Positions 1 through 12,176 of a DNA stretch of 53,761 bases are shown here, piece by piece. Positions within the stretch are counted from its first letter, which is position 1; each line of letters begins with the position of its first letter. The stretch comes from Rhizaria sp. SCN 62-66 (Eukaryota), in the NCBI GenBank assembly GCA_001724265.1, contig MEDY01000202.1, positions 1 to 53,761 on the forward strand. The letters run 5' to 3'. Position numbers and translations under genes: made by a program. The notes under the pieces are model-generated. The model was not told the DNA's origin, ran no database searches, and was given only the letters and a program-made list of their open reading frames with translations.

Positions 1-973
1 CGTCGTCGATGACGCGGCGTGCGCGACGGGCCTTCTCCGCGTCGGCCTTGACCTTAGCTTTGGCCCTGGCAAACATGTCGTCGTCGTCGTCCTCGCTGTC
101 ACTGTCGCTGTCAACGACGCCCATTGCAGCGCGGCTGTCGATGCGTTTGTTGACGCGCTTGCTGTCCTCCCTGTCGCCGCCCTTCTTCGCACTGGAGCCG
201 CTGGCGTTGCCGTTGTCCTCGGCGTCAAGCTCGCCGGTGCCCTGGAGGAAGATCTCCATGTCGGCCGCGTCGAGCCGCGTGACGAGGAAGCCCGTCTCGT
301 TGTCTACGGCCATGCGCGCCGCGGCCGCGGCCTCGGCCTCGGTGTCGCCGGCGGCCGCGGCCAGGATCGACGAGCGTTTCGAGTAGCTCCAGTCCGTCTC
401 CTCGGTCTCCGTTGTGGCCGTGCCGGCGGCGCCTTTCTTGGGCTTAGCGTACGCGGCCAGTGACCGGTTGTCCACCCGCGCGGCGGCGATATCCGGCGAG
501 GCCAGCAGCTGCTTCAGCACGTCGGGGTCCAGCGCCTCGACGTAGTAGCGCCGGTTCTTCAGCACGAGCTTCACCTTGCCGCAGCGCTCCGTGTAGCGCG
601 TAATAAAGCGCACAACCTAAGGGTCGACATCGGTTTTGGAAAGCTTGCGCAGGCCCTGGAGGATGTCCTCGGTGTCGAGCCCCAGCGAGGCGGCGGCATA
701 GAGCGAGTACTGCGTGATGACGTACTCGTGCACGTACTGCGGCCGCGTCACAGGGTCAGAGATCGCGATCATAAAGTCGCACGCCTGCTTGTACACCGGC
801 GACCATGACTCGAGGAACACGTGCCGGTTGGGACATACCCAGAGCGGGCGCCGCTCGTGGCTCGGGCGTAGCGGGAGACGGCCGAAGTTGGACTTGAACA
901 GCGCGTCCATCGCGGCCGTGCGCGCCGCGGCGTCTGTCACCACCGCGGAAGGGTCAAGCGCGTCTTCGGACAT
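1..973 (-). CDS. ERCC3: TFIIH helicase XPB (ERCC3/RAD25/SSL2), N-terminal part; runs off the window start; in-frame TAG at 617-619
   Basis: ATG at 973. Translation ...[107 protein letters not shown] matches the XPB N-terminal domain on both sides of the TAG. The frame stays open to position 1. Confidence 0.95.
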
Positions 974-1881
974 AGCGAGAGAGCGGACAGAAGACCGCGT
1001 GCGCGAGGCGAGGTTTGGCTGTGAGCTTGTGTGTGAATAAAAGTAAAAGTTGTGTGGTTGGAGTGTGGTCGAATGCTGGCGGAGTTTTGGTCTACAAAGA
1101 AAGAAAATACAGAAATTACTCGAAGACAAGGCAGTATATGATATCAGAGTACGTTTTAATGGTGACACAATGTATTACAGCGTTATTGTGGCATATTGTC
1201 ACGAGTTATGAACTACATTGGATAAGGTCGTGCTTGTGGTGTCCAGAGACCGAAGATGAGGCTTTGAAATTGAGCCACGCTCACAGCAAAGATATGCTTT
1301 CCAAGAATCGTTAAAACAAGATATAAAAGAAAAGTACAATTGATTTCAGGATCTTTGCGTGAAAGCCTAAACTAACTGATCACAATCACGCGGTGCAGCT
1401 TTGGGTTCTCTTGTTTTCTGGATCGGCATAGTCACGCAAGATGTACGTTTGTGGTGGCTGGTATTTTCCCCCCACTAAACAAGTTTGATCTTGACGTGAA
1501 TGAGGTCAACGCTAAGGTTGTTCAAATATGTAATATAATCGCAGTACTTATATATTTTATCACACATATTACTCTGATTACATTACTTGTATTACTGTCC
1601 ATATAGCAGTCATAGATGATTGCTGGATCAACGGTAGCCGTTGCGGCATTTCAACGTTAACATGCCATTGCGGTACAAGTACATATCGAATAACTCAATT
1701 TCTATTATAACTCTTTGTAAAAAGCAGTACATGTGAGGCCAACTTAATGGAGAGCGTCCAGGCACAGCTCTTCTGGCCACATGTGGTCCAGTCGATTGGT
1801 CCGTATAGTCGGACCCTTTCTTCAATCTGTACACACAGTGTACAGAGTGTGACTGTTGCTGTCGCAACATCATCATCTGCT

Positions 1882-3877
1882 TCAATAGTTGTTGAGCTTG
1901 GTGACGATGGCAACTTTGACGGTCTCGTCAAGCGCGGCCATGCAGGCCAGCCCCAGCTTGTCCGGGTGCCAGTCGAGCGACACGATGGGCTGCTCGGCCA
2001 GCTTCTTGCTGTTGAGCAGCTCCACGGATCCCGCCACGCCCTTCTCCACGCCCTTCTCGTCTGTGGCGAGGCGCAACAAAGAGCGCGGTGCAGTGGGGGC
2101 AGATGAAGTGAACAGGTAAACAGGTGAATGAGTAGGTGAGCACAGTTCAGGTGAGGTGATATGTAAAGCAAAACAATAGTTAGGTCGTCGACGAGCACTC
2201 GCAGAGTAACAAGAATTTCAGTCGCACTGCACATGTTGTCCGCATAAGACCGGAAAGTACGATATCAGCGCGCTAGGATGATGATTACAAATATCAATTC
2301 AATGTGAAGTTGCTAATACAGCAGTGATGTTTATCTCGCTTCAGCGTACCTTTGCGCGAGCGCTGCTTAGGGTACTTGTACTTATAGACGTTGACGGTGC
2401 CGTTGCCGCCCGTGGTGGCAAACAGGTCGCGGTTCTGCGGCAGGTGGCGGCCCAGCCACACGGTCGAGTTGTGCGCCTTCTCGCTCAGGTGCGCGTAGCC
2501 CTCCTCGGGGTGCCGCGTGCGCATGTCGTACACGCGAAAGCGGTTCTCAAGCGTCGCGATCACCTGCAGTCGCGGAATAGCAAAAAAAAGAGAGGCACAC
2601 GTGTAGACAAAAAACAAGATGAGATTTGTTGATGACGCTGGTGTCAGATGTTAAGAGACATGTCAACGTTTGAGCAACATTTGAGGGTGTTCAGATTGTT
2701 AACAAACGACGTCATGTGTGATCCAGTGAAAGCAAGTGTGCGTAAGAGTAACAACAGAGTGTTCTGAGCGACGTACGAGTTTGTTGGCCTCGATGTCCTT
2801 GCGGTCGAACTCGAGCCCCGCGACGCCGTTGCTGACGTTAGTCTGCCATACCAGCGCGTTCATGCGCAGGTCCAGTAGCTTCACGTCACCGTTGTCGTAG
2901 CCCGCCGCCACCATGCTGCGCAGACACGAAGGATACAAGGAAATAGCAAATGAAGCGAGATTGATTGTTGAGAGTGAGTTTAAAAGTAACGTGATGACAA
3001 CGATTACGAACACATCGAAATGACTTAAAAAAAAGAGTGCTACATTCTTTTGGTGAACAGAATAAATCGATGCATATAAACGCGAAATATCATGGCGTAT
3101 AACGGTGAGTTGTTTTATGTTTGAGCCACGTACCGCTCCGACTCGTTGAAGCTGTTGCCGAAGGCCACGGCCCAGCAGTCGCGCGCGGCCTGGCCCGGGG
3201 CCGGCTCGAGCGAGGCCACCGACTCCTGCTGCCGCGGATCCCACACGCGCACCGTGCCGTCCTCGGAGCCCGTCACAAGCTCGGGCGCACCGTAGCCAAC
3301 GCCCAGCCCGCCCACGCCGTCGATGCAGTTGACGCGCTTGGCGTGCGCCGCGGCGACGTCGTAGACGGGCTTGGCCGTGTCGGCTAGGTCGAAGATGCGC
3401 AGCCCGCCGTCGAAGCCGCCCGTGGCGAGCTGCCGCGACTCGAACGACGACGCGCCGAAGGTGCCGCACTTAAAGCCGTGATCGTGCAGCGTCTCCGAGA
3501 CAAGCTCCAGGTCCGTGCGGCCCAGCTCGTAGATGCGCAACACGCCCTGGATGAGGGCAGTGGCAGAAAAACATCCAAGTGATAGAAGTAACACAAGGAC
3601 AAGAGTTTGAAGCAAATAGTGTTAGTGGATTGGCGCATACTCGGAATATAATATATTAAACATCGTTTGTGAAACTATATTATGATGAAAACTTCACTGA
3701 TGACAATGTAGTGCGTGTGCTTGCGAAAATATGCACGTGTGAGCGTACCTGGCCTCGCGAGTTGACACCAAGAACAGTGAAGCGTGCAGAGCATGGAATC
3801 CAGCGCGTCTCAAAAGGCGTGAATCCGACAGACTTGCTCACGTGCTCAATAATCTGAGGCGCGTCTTTGGCGTCCAT
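1882..3877 (-). CDS. WDR92: WD repeat protein 92 (DNAAF10), dynein axonemal assembly factor; 5 exons
   Basis: Exons 3877-3749, 3546-3134, 2915-2777, 2563-2350 and 2060-1882 join in frame via GTACGY..AG introns. Motifs: [109 protein letters not shown]. Ends TGA. Confidence 0.95.
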
Positions 3878-4403
3878 ATGGGTGACTAGAGTGGTGCGGC
3901 GGCGTGACGAAGCAAGACATCGCGAAGGACAAAAACGGCAGGAGCGATGAGTGGTTGAGAAAAGACACCTTTAAGGGCTCAACAGTAATTTGGAAAAGTA
4001 TAATTTAAGGAACTATAACTAAACCGTCGTGAAAATAGAATATCAAACCCTCATTCTTATCACACGTCATCATGACAGAAATATCGCATGTCGAATGTTG
4101 TGCGAAAACGGCCATCAGTTCAAACTCGACCCAGACCGACCGAGCGCGTTTGTGGCTCAGGTCAACCACCGCGGTGAAGAAGAAACTGCCGAATCTTCAG
4201 CAGTGCAGGAGGCCTACTTAAGTCCGGTGGTTGTTTGTGCTGCGTTAATGTGGTAATATTCACCATTTATAATTTCATTTTTCTTTTTAAAATCCCAGGA
4301 AACTTCTAAACCCCCCCCGCTAGGTCGTTCGCAAAGACTCGCTGTTCCACAGTTGCAGCACTTTACTCCTCCTCCTTCCTCGTTCCCGTCCCTGCGCCTC
4401 CCG

Positions 4404-5432
4404 ATGTCACACGCGGCCGGCCCCGACACCGAGGTGGAGTTCCGTCTCAAAAACATTCAGACTTGGGACTACCAGAAGTCTGAGTTCCGCATCGGCAGCG
4501 TCCACGGCCGCGTCGATTACGAGCAGAAAGAGGTTCGTCCATCTCCTTTGCATCCCCGCTTCACTTGCTTGTCCACACATTGATCTTACCCATTGCTCAC
4601 ATAACCTTGCGATATCTAAATGTTCTACCTTTTATCTCGTGCAACCCATAGCGCGCGTTCCACCCGAGCGACGTCCCGCCCGCCGCGCGCGCGGCGAAAG
4701 AGGCCGTCCGCAAGCGCGCCCTCGACTCGGCGTTGCACGCATCCGCGCCCGAGTGGCGCGCCGAGACCAAGGCCGGGCTCTCAGTCGGCTTCCGCGCCGG
4801 CGCACCCTGGGAGACGCCCGAGCAGACGGCGCTGCACCGCGCGGCGGCCGCGCGCGACGCCGCGGGCCGCGTGGCGGACCGCGAGGCCGCCGCCGCGGCC
4901 GCTGCCGCGGCCGCGCGCGCCACGCAAGCCCACGCGCGCGCTGTCCGCGCCACGGACACGCAGGGCGCGTCGCTGCGCCCCGCCGCGCAGCAGCGCGTGC
5001 TGGCGGACCCCGCGCAGCGCGCCGCCGTCGCCGCGGCCGCGCGCGGGGCCCGCAGCAGCGACTGGAACGGCAGCACGACAGTCGACCGGCGCGTGACGGC
5101 GCTGCAGAACGTGTTCCTGACCGAGGGCCCCGCCGCCGCGGCCGCGACCACCACGCAGGCGCGCCTCGATGCCGCACCCGCCGCCGCGGCTGCCGCGCGC
5201 ACGCAGGGCCACGCGTTCCTGGGCCCCTCGGCGCCGCGCGGCGTGCTTGACGGGACGCTCAACCCGCTGCCCTTCGTGCGCCCGCCGGTCAGTGGGCTCT
5301 GCGCCACTGCCGCCGCGATGCCCGGCGCGGGGGGCGTCGCGGCTGACGCGGGCGAGTTTGCGGCGGGCTCGACGCTGTCGCTGGTGGCGCGGCAGACGCT
5401 CGTGCTGGAGCAGCAGCGCGAGCAGCGCCGCG

Positions 5433-5464
<32 letters not shown>

Positions 5465-6568
5465 GCGGAGAAGTTCGCCCGGGCGGCCGCGGCGGACCCG
5501 CGCGCGTTGCTGCCGCGGCCCTACGGCGGGCGCAGCCGCGAGGAGGAGGCCGCGCGCAGGCAGGAGGGCGCGCGCGCGCTGTCCGAGACGTACACTCGCG
5601 AGGCCGCCGAGGCCGCGGTCCGCCGCCAGTTCGGGGACAGTTACCCCGAGACGACTGACGGCGGCGATCGCGCGAGCGCGGGTGCGAGCGTTGGCGGCGA
5701 CGGGGGCAACTGGTTCAAGCTGACGCTGCGCAGCCCGCAGCCCGCGCCGCGCGTGGCTTCCTCGTCCACCGCCGTGGCGCTCTCGCCCAGCGGCAGCGGC
5801 AACGCCCACAGCAACGGCGCTAGCAGCGGCAGCGGCGGTGCGGCCCCGTGGGGCGGCGCGCGCGGCTTCAACGCGGCCTCTGCGTCGACGCTGGGCTCCT
5901 CGGCCTTCGTCCCCACGACGGCCGACCGTTCCCCGCGCATCGCCCCCACAGTTCTGCCCGCCGCCTCGACCGCCTCCACTGCGGCCCAGGGCGGCGCGGC
6001 CGGTGCGGAGTCGGCGCTGGCGGCATACCTGGCCCCGCAGCTGGCTCCCGCGCGGCTGCACGCGCTGGGCGTGCCGCTGGGCCATACGGCAGCCGCCGCG
6101 GCCGCCGCGGACACCGCCGCCGCGCCCCTTGCGGCCCCCGGCCACCCCGCTGCCCACGGCCACGACCACGGCCACGGCGTAGTGGGGTTGTCGCGTGGCG
6201 CGCAGGAGCAGGTGCAGCGGCGACTGGTGCGGGGGCTGGACCAGGCCCTCCGCTCCGATGAGGCCGAGGGCCGCCGCGGCGGGCGCAGGGCCATCGAGCG
6301 CGCGCGCGCACAGGGCTTTGACACCGCGGCGAACGGCGGGCACGGGCGGCGCGGCCGGCGCGGCGGGCAGCGGCCGATGCAGCAGGGACAGGAGCCGCTG
6401 TACTGGCAGCTGGACACGCGCACGGTGGACGCGTTCCACGGCGACCGCGACGGCGACAGCGACGACGACGACGGATACGAGGGCGACGGCGGCGCGGGGC
6501 TGAGCGCGAACAGGCGGAGAGTGACGCAGGAGCAGGAGCAGGAGCAGGGACAGGACGGTTCTTAGTGA
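4404..6568 (+). CDS. Hypothetical Ala/Gly-rich protein; 2 exons; ends TAG-TGA
   Basis: Exon 1 4404-4532 (MSHAAGPDTEVEFRLKNIQTWDYQKSEF...), GTTCGT..TAG intron 4533-4651, exon 2 4652-6568 in frame with the 610-aa ORF. GC-rich codon usage. No family recognised. Confidence 0.75.
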
Positions 6569-7026
6569 GCTGTGACAAGCGAGCTGATCTGCGAGCTGAG
6601 ACAGTGCAGCGAGAGGTCAGTTTGTCGTGCGCTCGCTCTGAGTGACTGTGCTAACGTGCGCTTCGTGAGCACTGAGAGTGTCGCGAGGCATGTTTGGTGG
6701 AATTGCTTGCGTGGAAAGCCATGATAAATAGTAGTCGTTATGTGTGCGGGGCCCTACATTTGTTCATATTTGCAGACATTACTTAATACACAGGCTGCAA
6801 TTGGATCCAGCTTGACTCACAGCTAAGCAAGAAACAAATATGATGTTTATTTGTTTGCTTTAAGAGTGATTTTCAAAAGATAAAAAAATAAGAGTACACA
6901 AAACGAAATGAAATATGATATGCTAGTTTACTGGAAGAAAGACGTGTTGTAAAGATATTAGCGCTAGATCAAGAGCACAACTCAATTTGAAACTTCAGTC
7001 GTTGCGCCAATTGCTTGTTCTTGCAC

Positions 7027-8168
7027 TTAGTTGCTGCTGTTCGCAGCTGACTCCGTCTCCGCGGCAAACTGGTGCTTGCGGCCGCTAACACTGACCGCGT
7101 CGGCGGCGTCGGCGTCCCAGTACTGCTTGGGCGAGACGAAGGGCGCGAAAGCGAAGGTGACGCCGTGCTCGTAGCAGGGCCCGCGCGCGAGGACGCCGTT
7201 GGTGATGAGCCCCATCATGCCCTGCGTCGAGCGCACGTCGGCAATGCCCGCCAGGTCGTCCATCACCTCGCAGAGCTCGTCACCCGCGTGCAAGCGCGCC
7301 ATCACGTGCTGCGAACGAAGGAGAGAGAGAGAGAGAGCGAACGAGTGAGCAATTAAAGCAGTGCATCGGTGAGGTGAAGTTTTCGCATATTACACAAAGA
7401 CAAGCTCAGAATTTCCGATAAAAGATAAAACAAGCAAGTTCATGGCTAAAAACATGGTTGCGCTTCTATATTCATGCAGTATTCGTGTGCGGCAACGTAC
7501 CGGAGCCATCTCGAAGCGCGCCGAGGTGCCGACTGAGTCCTTGCCGTCAGAGGCGCGCACGACGTAGATGTAACCGGACTCGAAGTAGCGCTTCTGCGCC
7601 GGGTCCGCCGGGTTAACCAGCGTCTCAATGCCGCCCTCGATGCCGATGTGGAAGTCGCAGTCGGGCAGCGCGGCCGCCACGTTGCGCGCACGGTTCTGCG
7701 CGCCAGTCAACGTCTGCGAAAAGAACAAGGAAACGAAGGATAGCGCAACAAAAAACGTGTTATTAAAGATACAACTCATTTTAATTTAACAAATAACTGA
7801 AATCTATACGGTTATACAATTATATCACAATTATATTCGTTTTGCACGTGTACAGAGCTGTTGCAGCGAAGGGCGCGAATGAATGGGAGAGCGCGCGAAT
7901 GACGTACCTCCCAGGCCGAGAGCGGCTGGGCGTTGACCTCGCTGGCCACCTCAACGCCGATAATCTCGTGAACAGGTTCCACGCCCTCGGCGGGTTCGTG
8001 GATCACCTTGGTGACCGCGGCGGCGTCGCCCGAGGCCGGCACGAGCACGGTCACGCGGCACGAAGCCAGCGCGCCGGGCGCGGCGCCTGCGGCCGGGAAG
8101 AGCTTCTCCACAGCGCCGCGCACGGAAAAAAGCTTTGACGGGTTCTTGGTACCAACAGCAAAGCGCAT
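7027..8168 (-). CDS. Non-canonical purine NTP phosphatase (inosine/xanthosine triphosphatase, YjjX/NTPase_I-T family); 3 exons
   Basis: Exons 8168-7908, 7713-7501 and 7308-7027. Motifs: MRFAVGTKNPSK, GVEVASEVNAQPLSAWETLTGAQNRA, DFHIGIEGG, GDELCEVMD, QGMMGLITNGVLAR. Ends TAA. Confidence 0.88.
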
Positions 8169-8589
8169 GTTGCGGTGTTTTCTTCTGACGAGCTGCGTCG
8201 CTGTCGTATATCACTTTACTCAAAGTACGCTACCTCTTGTCTGACACCCTTCCTCGAACGCCGGAGGCGACGTCGCACGTCGATTACTTCGATTACGTTC
8301 GTGTCTTAAACGTCAAGTTGTATTTTTATTGGCCTCTAAGTTTTTATTTAAAATAATATATATAACCCCTTAATTATATCTCTACGCTGTCTAGTTGTAA
8401 CTCATAACACATGTTTTCCTTTCAACCTCTTCATTTGCTTGCTGATCTCTAACGAACTTCACTTTTGCCGCAGTTCAGAGTCGCAGCTAGAGGTTTTTTC
8501 CACTCCACTTCAGTGCGCGCTTTTCCGTCCCCGCCCTTCTTACAGCAGTAGTTGCCGCGCGTCCCATACCCGCCGCCCCTGAGTGCGCG

Positions 8590-10058
8590 ATGCTGTCGTT
8601 CCAGGAGGACGGCACGCTGTCGTGCTTCGAGCGCTGCGCCTACAACTCGCGCGTGGGCCGCCTCTACCTGCTGCTGGCCACGCTCGAGTGCGCCGCGCTT
8701 ATGGCCGTCGCCGTGCTGGGGCTCGTCAACCTCGCCAACGAGCCCGACGTCATGCTCTACACCTGCATCCTCTGCTTGTACATCTCGCTGCTGTTCGTGT
8801 ACTTTTCCTGGGACGCGATCCTGCGCGAGAACCTCTTCCAGTTCTGGTCTTCGTTCGTCATCCACCTCTTCATCCTCTTCTTCATCGTCTGGCACTACTT
8901 CTCGCAGACGCTCGGCCCGACCTTCGACCGCTGGTCCTACTACCTCATCGGGCTCGCGTCGGCCTGCCAGGTCCTCTACCTCGTGCTGCTCCCCTTTGTG
9001 GCCAACTCCTTCGGCTGGCGCGCGTACAAGCGCGTGGGCGCTAACATCCCGCTGCAGCGCCTGTACCGCACCGCGCACGTCTTCTTCTCTACGCTTAAGC
9101 TGGACCTGGCCGTCATGGGCCTGCTTGTGCTGCTGGCCTCCTTCTTCCTCTTCTCCTCGCTGCTGGAGCTCGAGTCCGTGCTTAACGCCACGGCGTTGCT
9201 GCTGGGGCTGGTCTGGGCTCGCGTCGGCACGCTCGCCGTGCGCCGCGAACAGCCGCGCCTCTTCAAGGCCTGGTTCGCCTGCGCCGTGCTCGCACCGGGC
9301 TACATCGTCTACAAGTTCGTCTGCCTCAACACGTCCGCCTACTACACCGAGTACCCGCGCACCACGTACCTCCAGTTCTACATCGTCGGCGGTATCGCCA
9401 TCGCGCTGCGCGCGCTCACCATGTTCTTCGCCTACCGCGCCTACGGCAACTTCCACCTGGGGCTGGCCGGCGTCTTCGCCGAGGCCCGCGGCGGCATCCG
9501 TGGGGACGGCATGCCCGTCGCGCACCGGCGCAACTCCGCCACGACCAACAGCGACGCGCTGGCGTCGGGCTCCCGCGGCGCGCGCGCGCGCTCCAGCCCC
9601 GGCTCCGGCGGCGGCGCCCTGAGCGGGCCCCTGCTGGCCGGCGGCGACGACAGCGGCGCCGTCACCGCCACCGGCCCCGCCACTGCCGCCGGCAACAGTG
9701 CCGCCGCGAGCAGCACCCTGGCGGCGCGCTGGGCGGCGGCGGGGCTGCCCGCCAAGGGCCACCCCGCGGCCGGCACGACCGCCGCTGCGAGCGCCGCCGC
9801 TAACATGCGTGCTCATTCGAGCTCGAGCGCGTCACTGGCGGCCACGGGCGGCGGTTTCAGCAGCCTCCAGGGCGGCTACGGCAGCGTCCAGGGCGGCGGG
9901 CCCGGCGGCGCCGTGGTTATCGCGCGCACGCCCTCGGCGGGGCAGCACGGGCCCTTCGCTTTCGGGCGCGCGCGCGGCGCCAGCGGCGGCGGCGACGGCG
10001 GCGGCGTCGGCAGCGGCGGCGCCGTGGGCGTGGACATCGACGAGCTCATCAGCGAGTA

Positions 10059-10094
<36 letters not shown>

Positions 10095-10379
10095 CGCGGC
10101 GGGGGCCGGGCCCGGCGCCGGCGCCGGCCACGGCTATCAGAGGCTGTCTGACTACAACAGCCAGAGCGCGCAGACCGCGCGCGGCCGGGGCCAGAGGCGC
10201 ACCTCGAGCCCGGGCCCCGCGCCGCTCAGTGGCAGCGCAGGCGCCGACGCCAGTGCCAGTGCCAGCGCGAGCGCGAGCGCGAGTGCTGATGGGAAGGTGC
10301 TCTCCCAGTCGAAGTCCCGCTCGCGCTCGCGCTCGCACATGCGCGCCGTCTCGGTCTCCGTGCCCGCGCAGAGCCATAG

Positions 10380-10434
<55 letters not shown>

Positions 10435-10671
10435 CAGAACCAGATCCAGAACCAAAGCGCGCACGCGGTCGCGGTCGGAGCGCACCGCCGGCGCAGCAGC
10501 ACCGGCAGCGCACACGGCGACTCAGCCACTGCCACTGCCGCTGCCGCTGCGGCTGCTGCTGCTGCTGCGGCTGCTGCGAGTGCGAGCGCGAGCGCTGCGG
10601 GCAAGAAGGGGAAGAAGAAGGGCGGAGTCAAGCGCGGCGGCGGCGATCTCGCCTCGGCCTCGGCCTCGGAT

Positions 10672-10703
<32 letters not shown>

Positions 10704-11265
10704 CCGGCAGAGCGTGCAGCTGGGGCTGGACGCGCGCGGCAACGCGGTTGCGATCCCGCTGGCGCCCACGCGGTTTTACACCGACAACCCGATGGTGACG
10801 GTGCCGACTGACGCGCAGGGCAACCCTGTGGGGCTGTCGCCGCCGCTGGCCGTCCTCGCTGGCGGGCCGGGCGCGGGCCCCGGGGCCGGCGCCCTGGGCC
10901 CGGGGGTCGCCGTCACCGTGACCGGCGCCGGCGCCGGCGGAGACCGTGACCGGGCGCGGGCACGGTCCCGAGGCCGCGGGAACAGCCTGGACGCCCACGA
11001 CTCCGGCCTTGGCGACGGCCTCGGCGTAGGCGAGGCACTGGGCGCGAGCGCGCGCATGCGGTCGCGCTCGGGGCAGCGCCTGCAGGTGGACGCGCAACAT
11101 GCACAGTCATACGCCGGCTTCAGCGCTGGCAGCGGCCGCGTCGGGCTCTTGGACCTGCCCGCGGCCGCCAACGGTAACGGCTCAGGGCTGCCCGAGACCC
11201 CCAGCCCGGCGGCGATGCGCGCGCGCTCGCGGTCGCGCAACCGGCCCGCGGACGACAACGTTTGA
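8590..11265 (+). CDS. Multi-pass membrane protein, UPF0658-like N-terminal domain plus ~590-aa low-complexity tail
   Basis: Intronless 891-aa ORF with ~8 hydrophobic segments in the first ~290 aa. WDAILRENLFQ and FGWRAYKRVGAN..LQRLY..FFSTLKLD resemble fungal UPF0658 Golgi membrane proteins (from memory). Ends TGA. Confidence 0.8.
10369..10452 (+). repeat. (CAGAGC)n hexamer microsatellite encoding (SQ)n
   Basis: Directly visible tandem CAGAGC units inside the 8590-11265 CDS. Confidence 0.9.
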
Positions 11266-12176
11266 GCGCCGCTCGCTCGCGCGCAAGGGAAGTCGGGGAC
11301 GCTGGCGACTGCAAGCAGCGGTGGATAGCGGCTGTTTAAGTGACTTGCTGAGGGCCGCTAGACGTGCATTTCATCATCATATGGACGTGGCAGAGAGATG
11401 TCGCACGCAGTTTGATCTATTTTTAAGTGGTCTATTAAGTAATACAAAAATGCCTATTTTTTCCCGATTGCTTAAGACCATCAAGCCAGCGCTTCCAATA
11501 TGAAATTTCGGGACAGTCGACACTTTTTCGGTCCTACTTCTGGGCGTGCATTGTCGCAGCACGTTGCAGGCTGGCTGGGGACAAAAGTTGGAAGCTTTTG
11601 CTGGGCGTCTTTGACGTGAGTTTTTCTCAGTTTGGTAGGATACGAGTAAATATAGACGCCAGAACATGGGTAGTATTTGATTGCACAAACACCTTCACGC
11701 TCTGTTGCGGGGAAACAGCTTCTGCTTCAACACCACCACGAACCCCGTTTTGCTGCTGGGAGTCCCCAAAGTTTCAGAAAAATTCCCCCGTTTTCTCAGC
11801 CACGCGCCCATCTATTCTTGTTTGTTATGCAATGTGCAGGTGTTGTGCACACTCTGATTCCTTAGGTTATCTTCTTTCTGCTTAGCACACTGTTCCAACT
11901 CAATGCAAAGGACCGTTTCTCGGCTGTAGCTTGACGACTCTTCGCCTCACAGCTCCCACTGTGCAGGTTTCCTGCAGGATAGCCGCGGACTTTTCTCACA
12001 CATTTCTTGCATTTTCCTCTCATTTGGTTCCATTGTAGCCCCCCACCCCCTCCCGCTTCCCGCTTTTCGCCCCGCGTTCAGCCGCAGAGAAGCCTTTCCT
12101 CCGTAGCCCTTAGCTCCGGTCACCGTTTTTTTCCCCACCCCTTTTCTCTCACCCCACACCCACAACACATCACACC

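Noticed and set aside
617-628. 12-nt GT..AG micro-intron (GTCGACCCTTAG) that would remove the XPB TAG
   Set aside because: It is shorter than any spliceosomal intron I know of and lacks the GTACG donor. It would delete 4 residues from a gap-free alignment, and no consensus donors flank the other TAGs.
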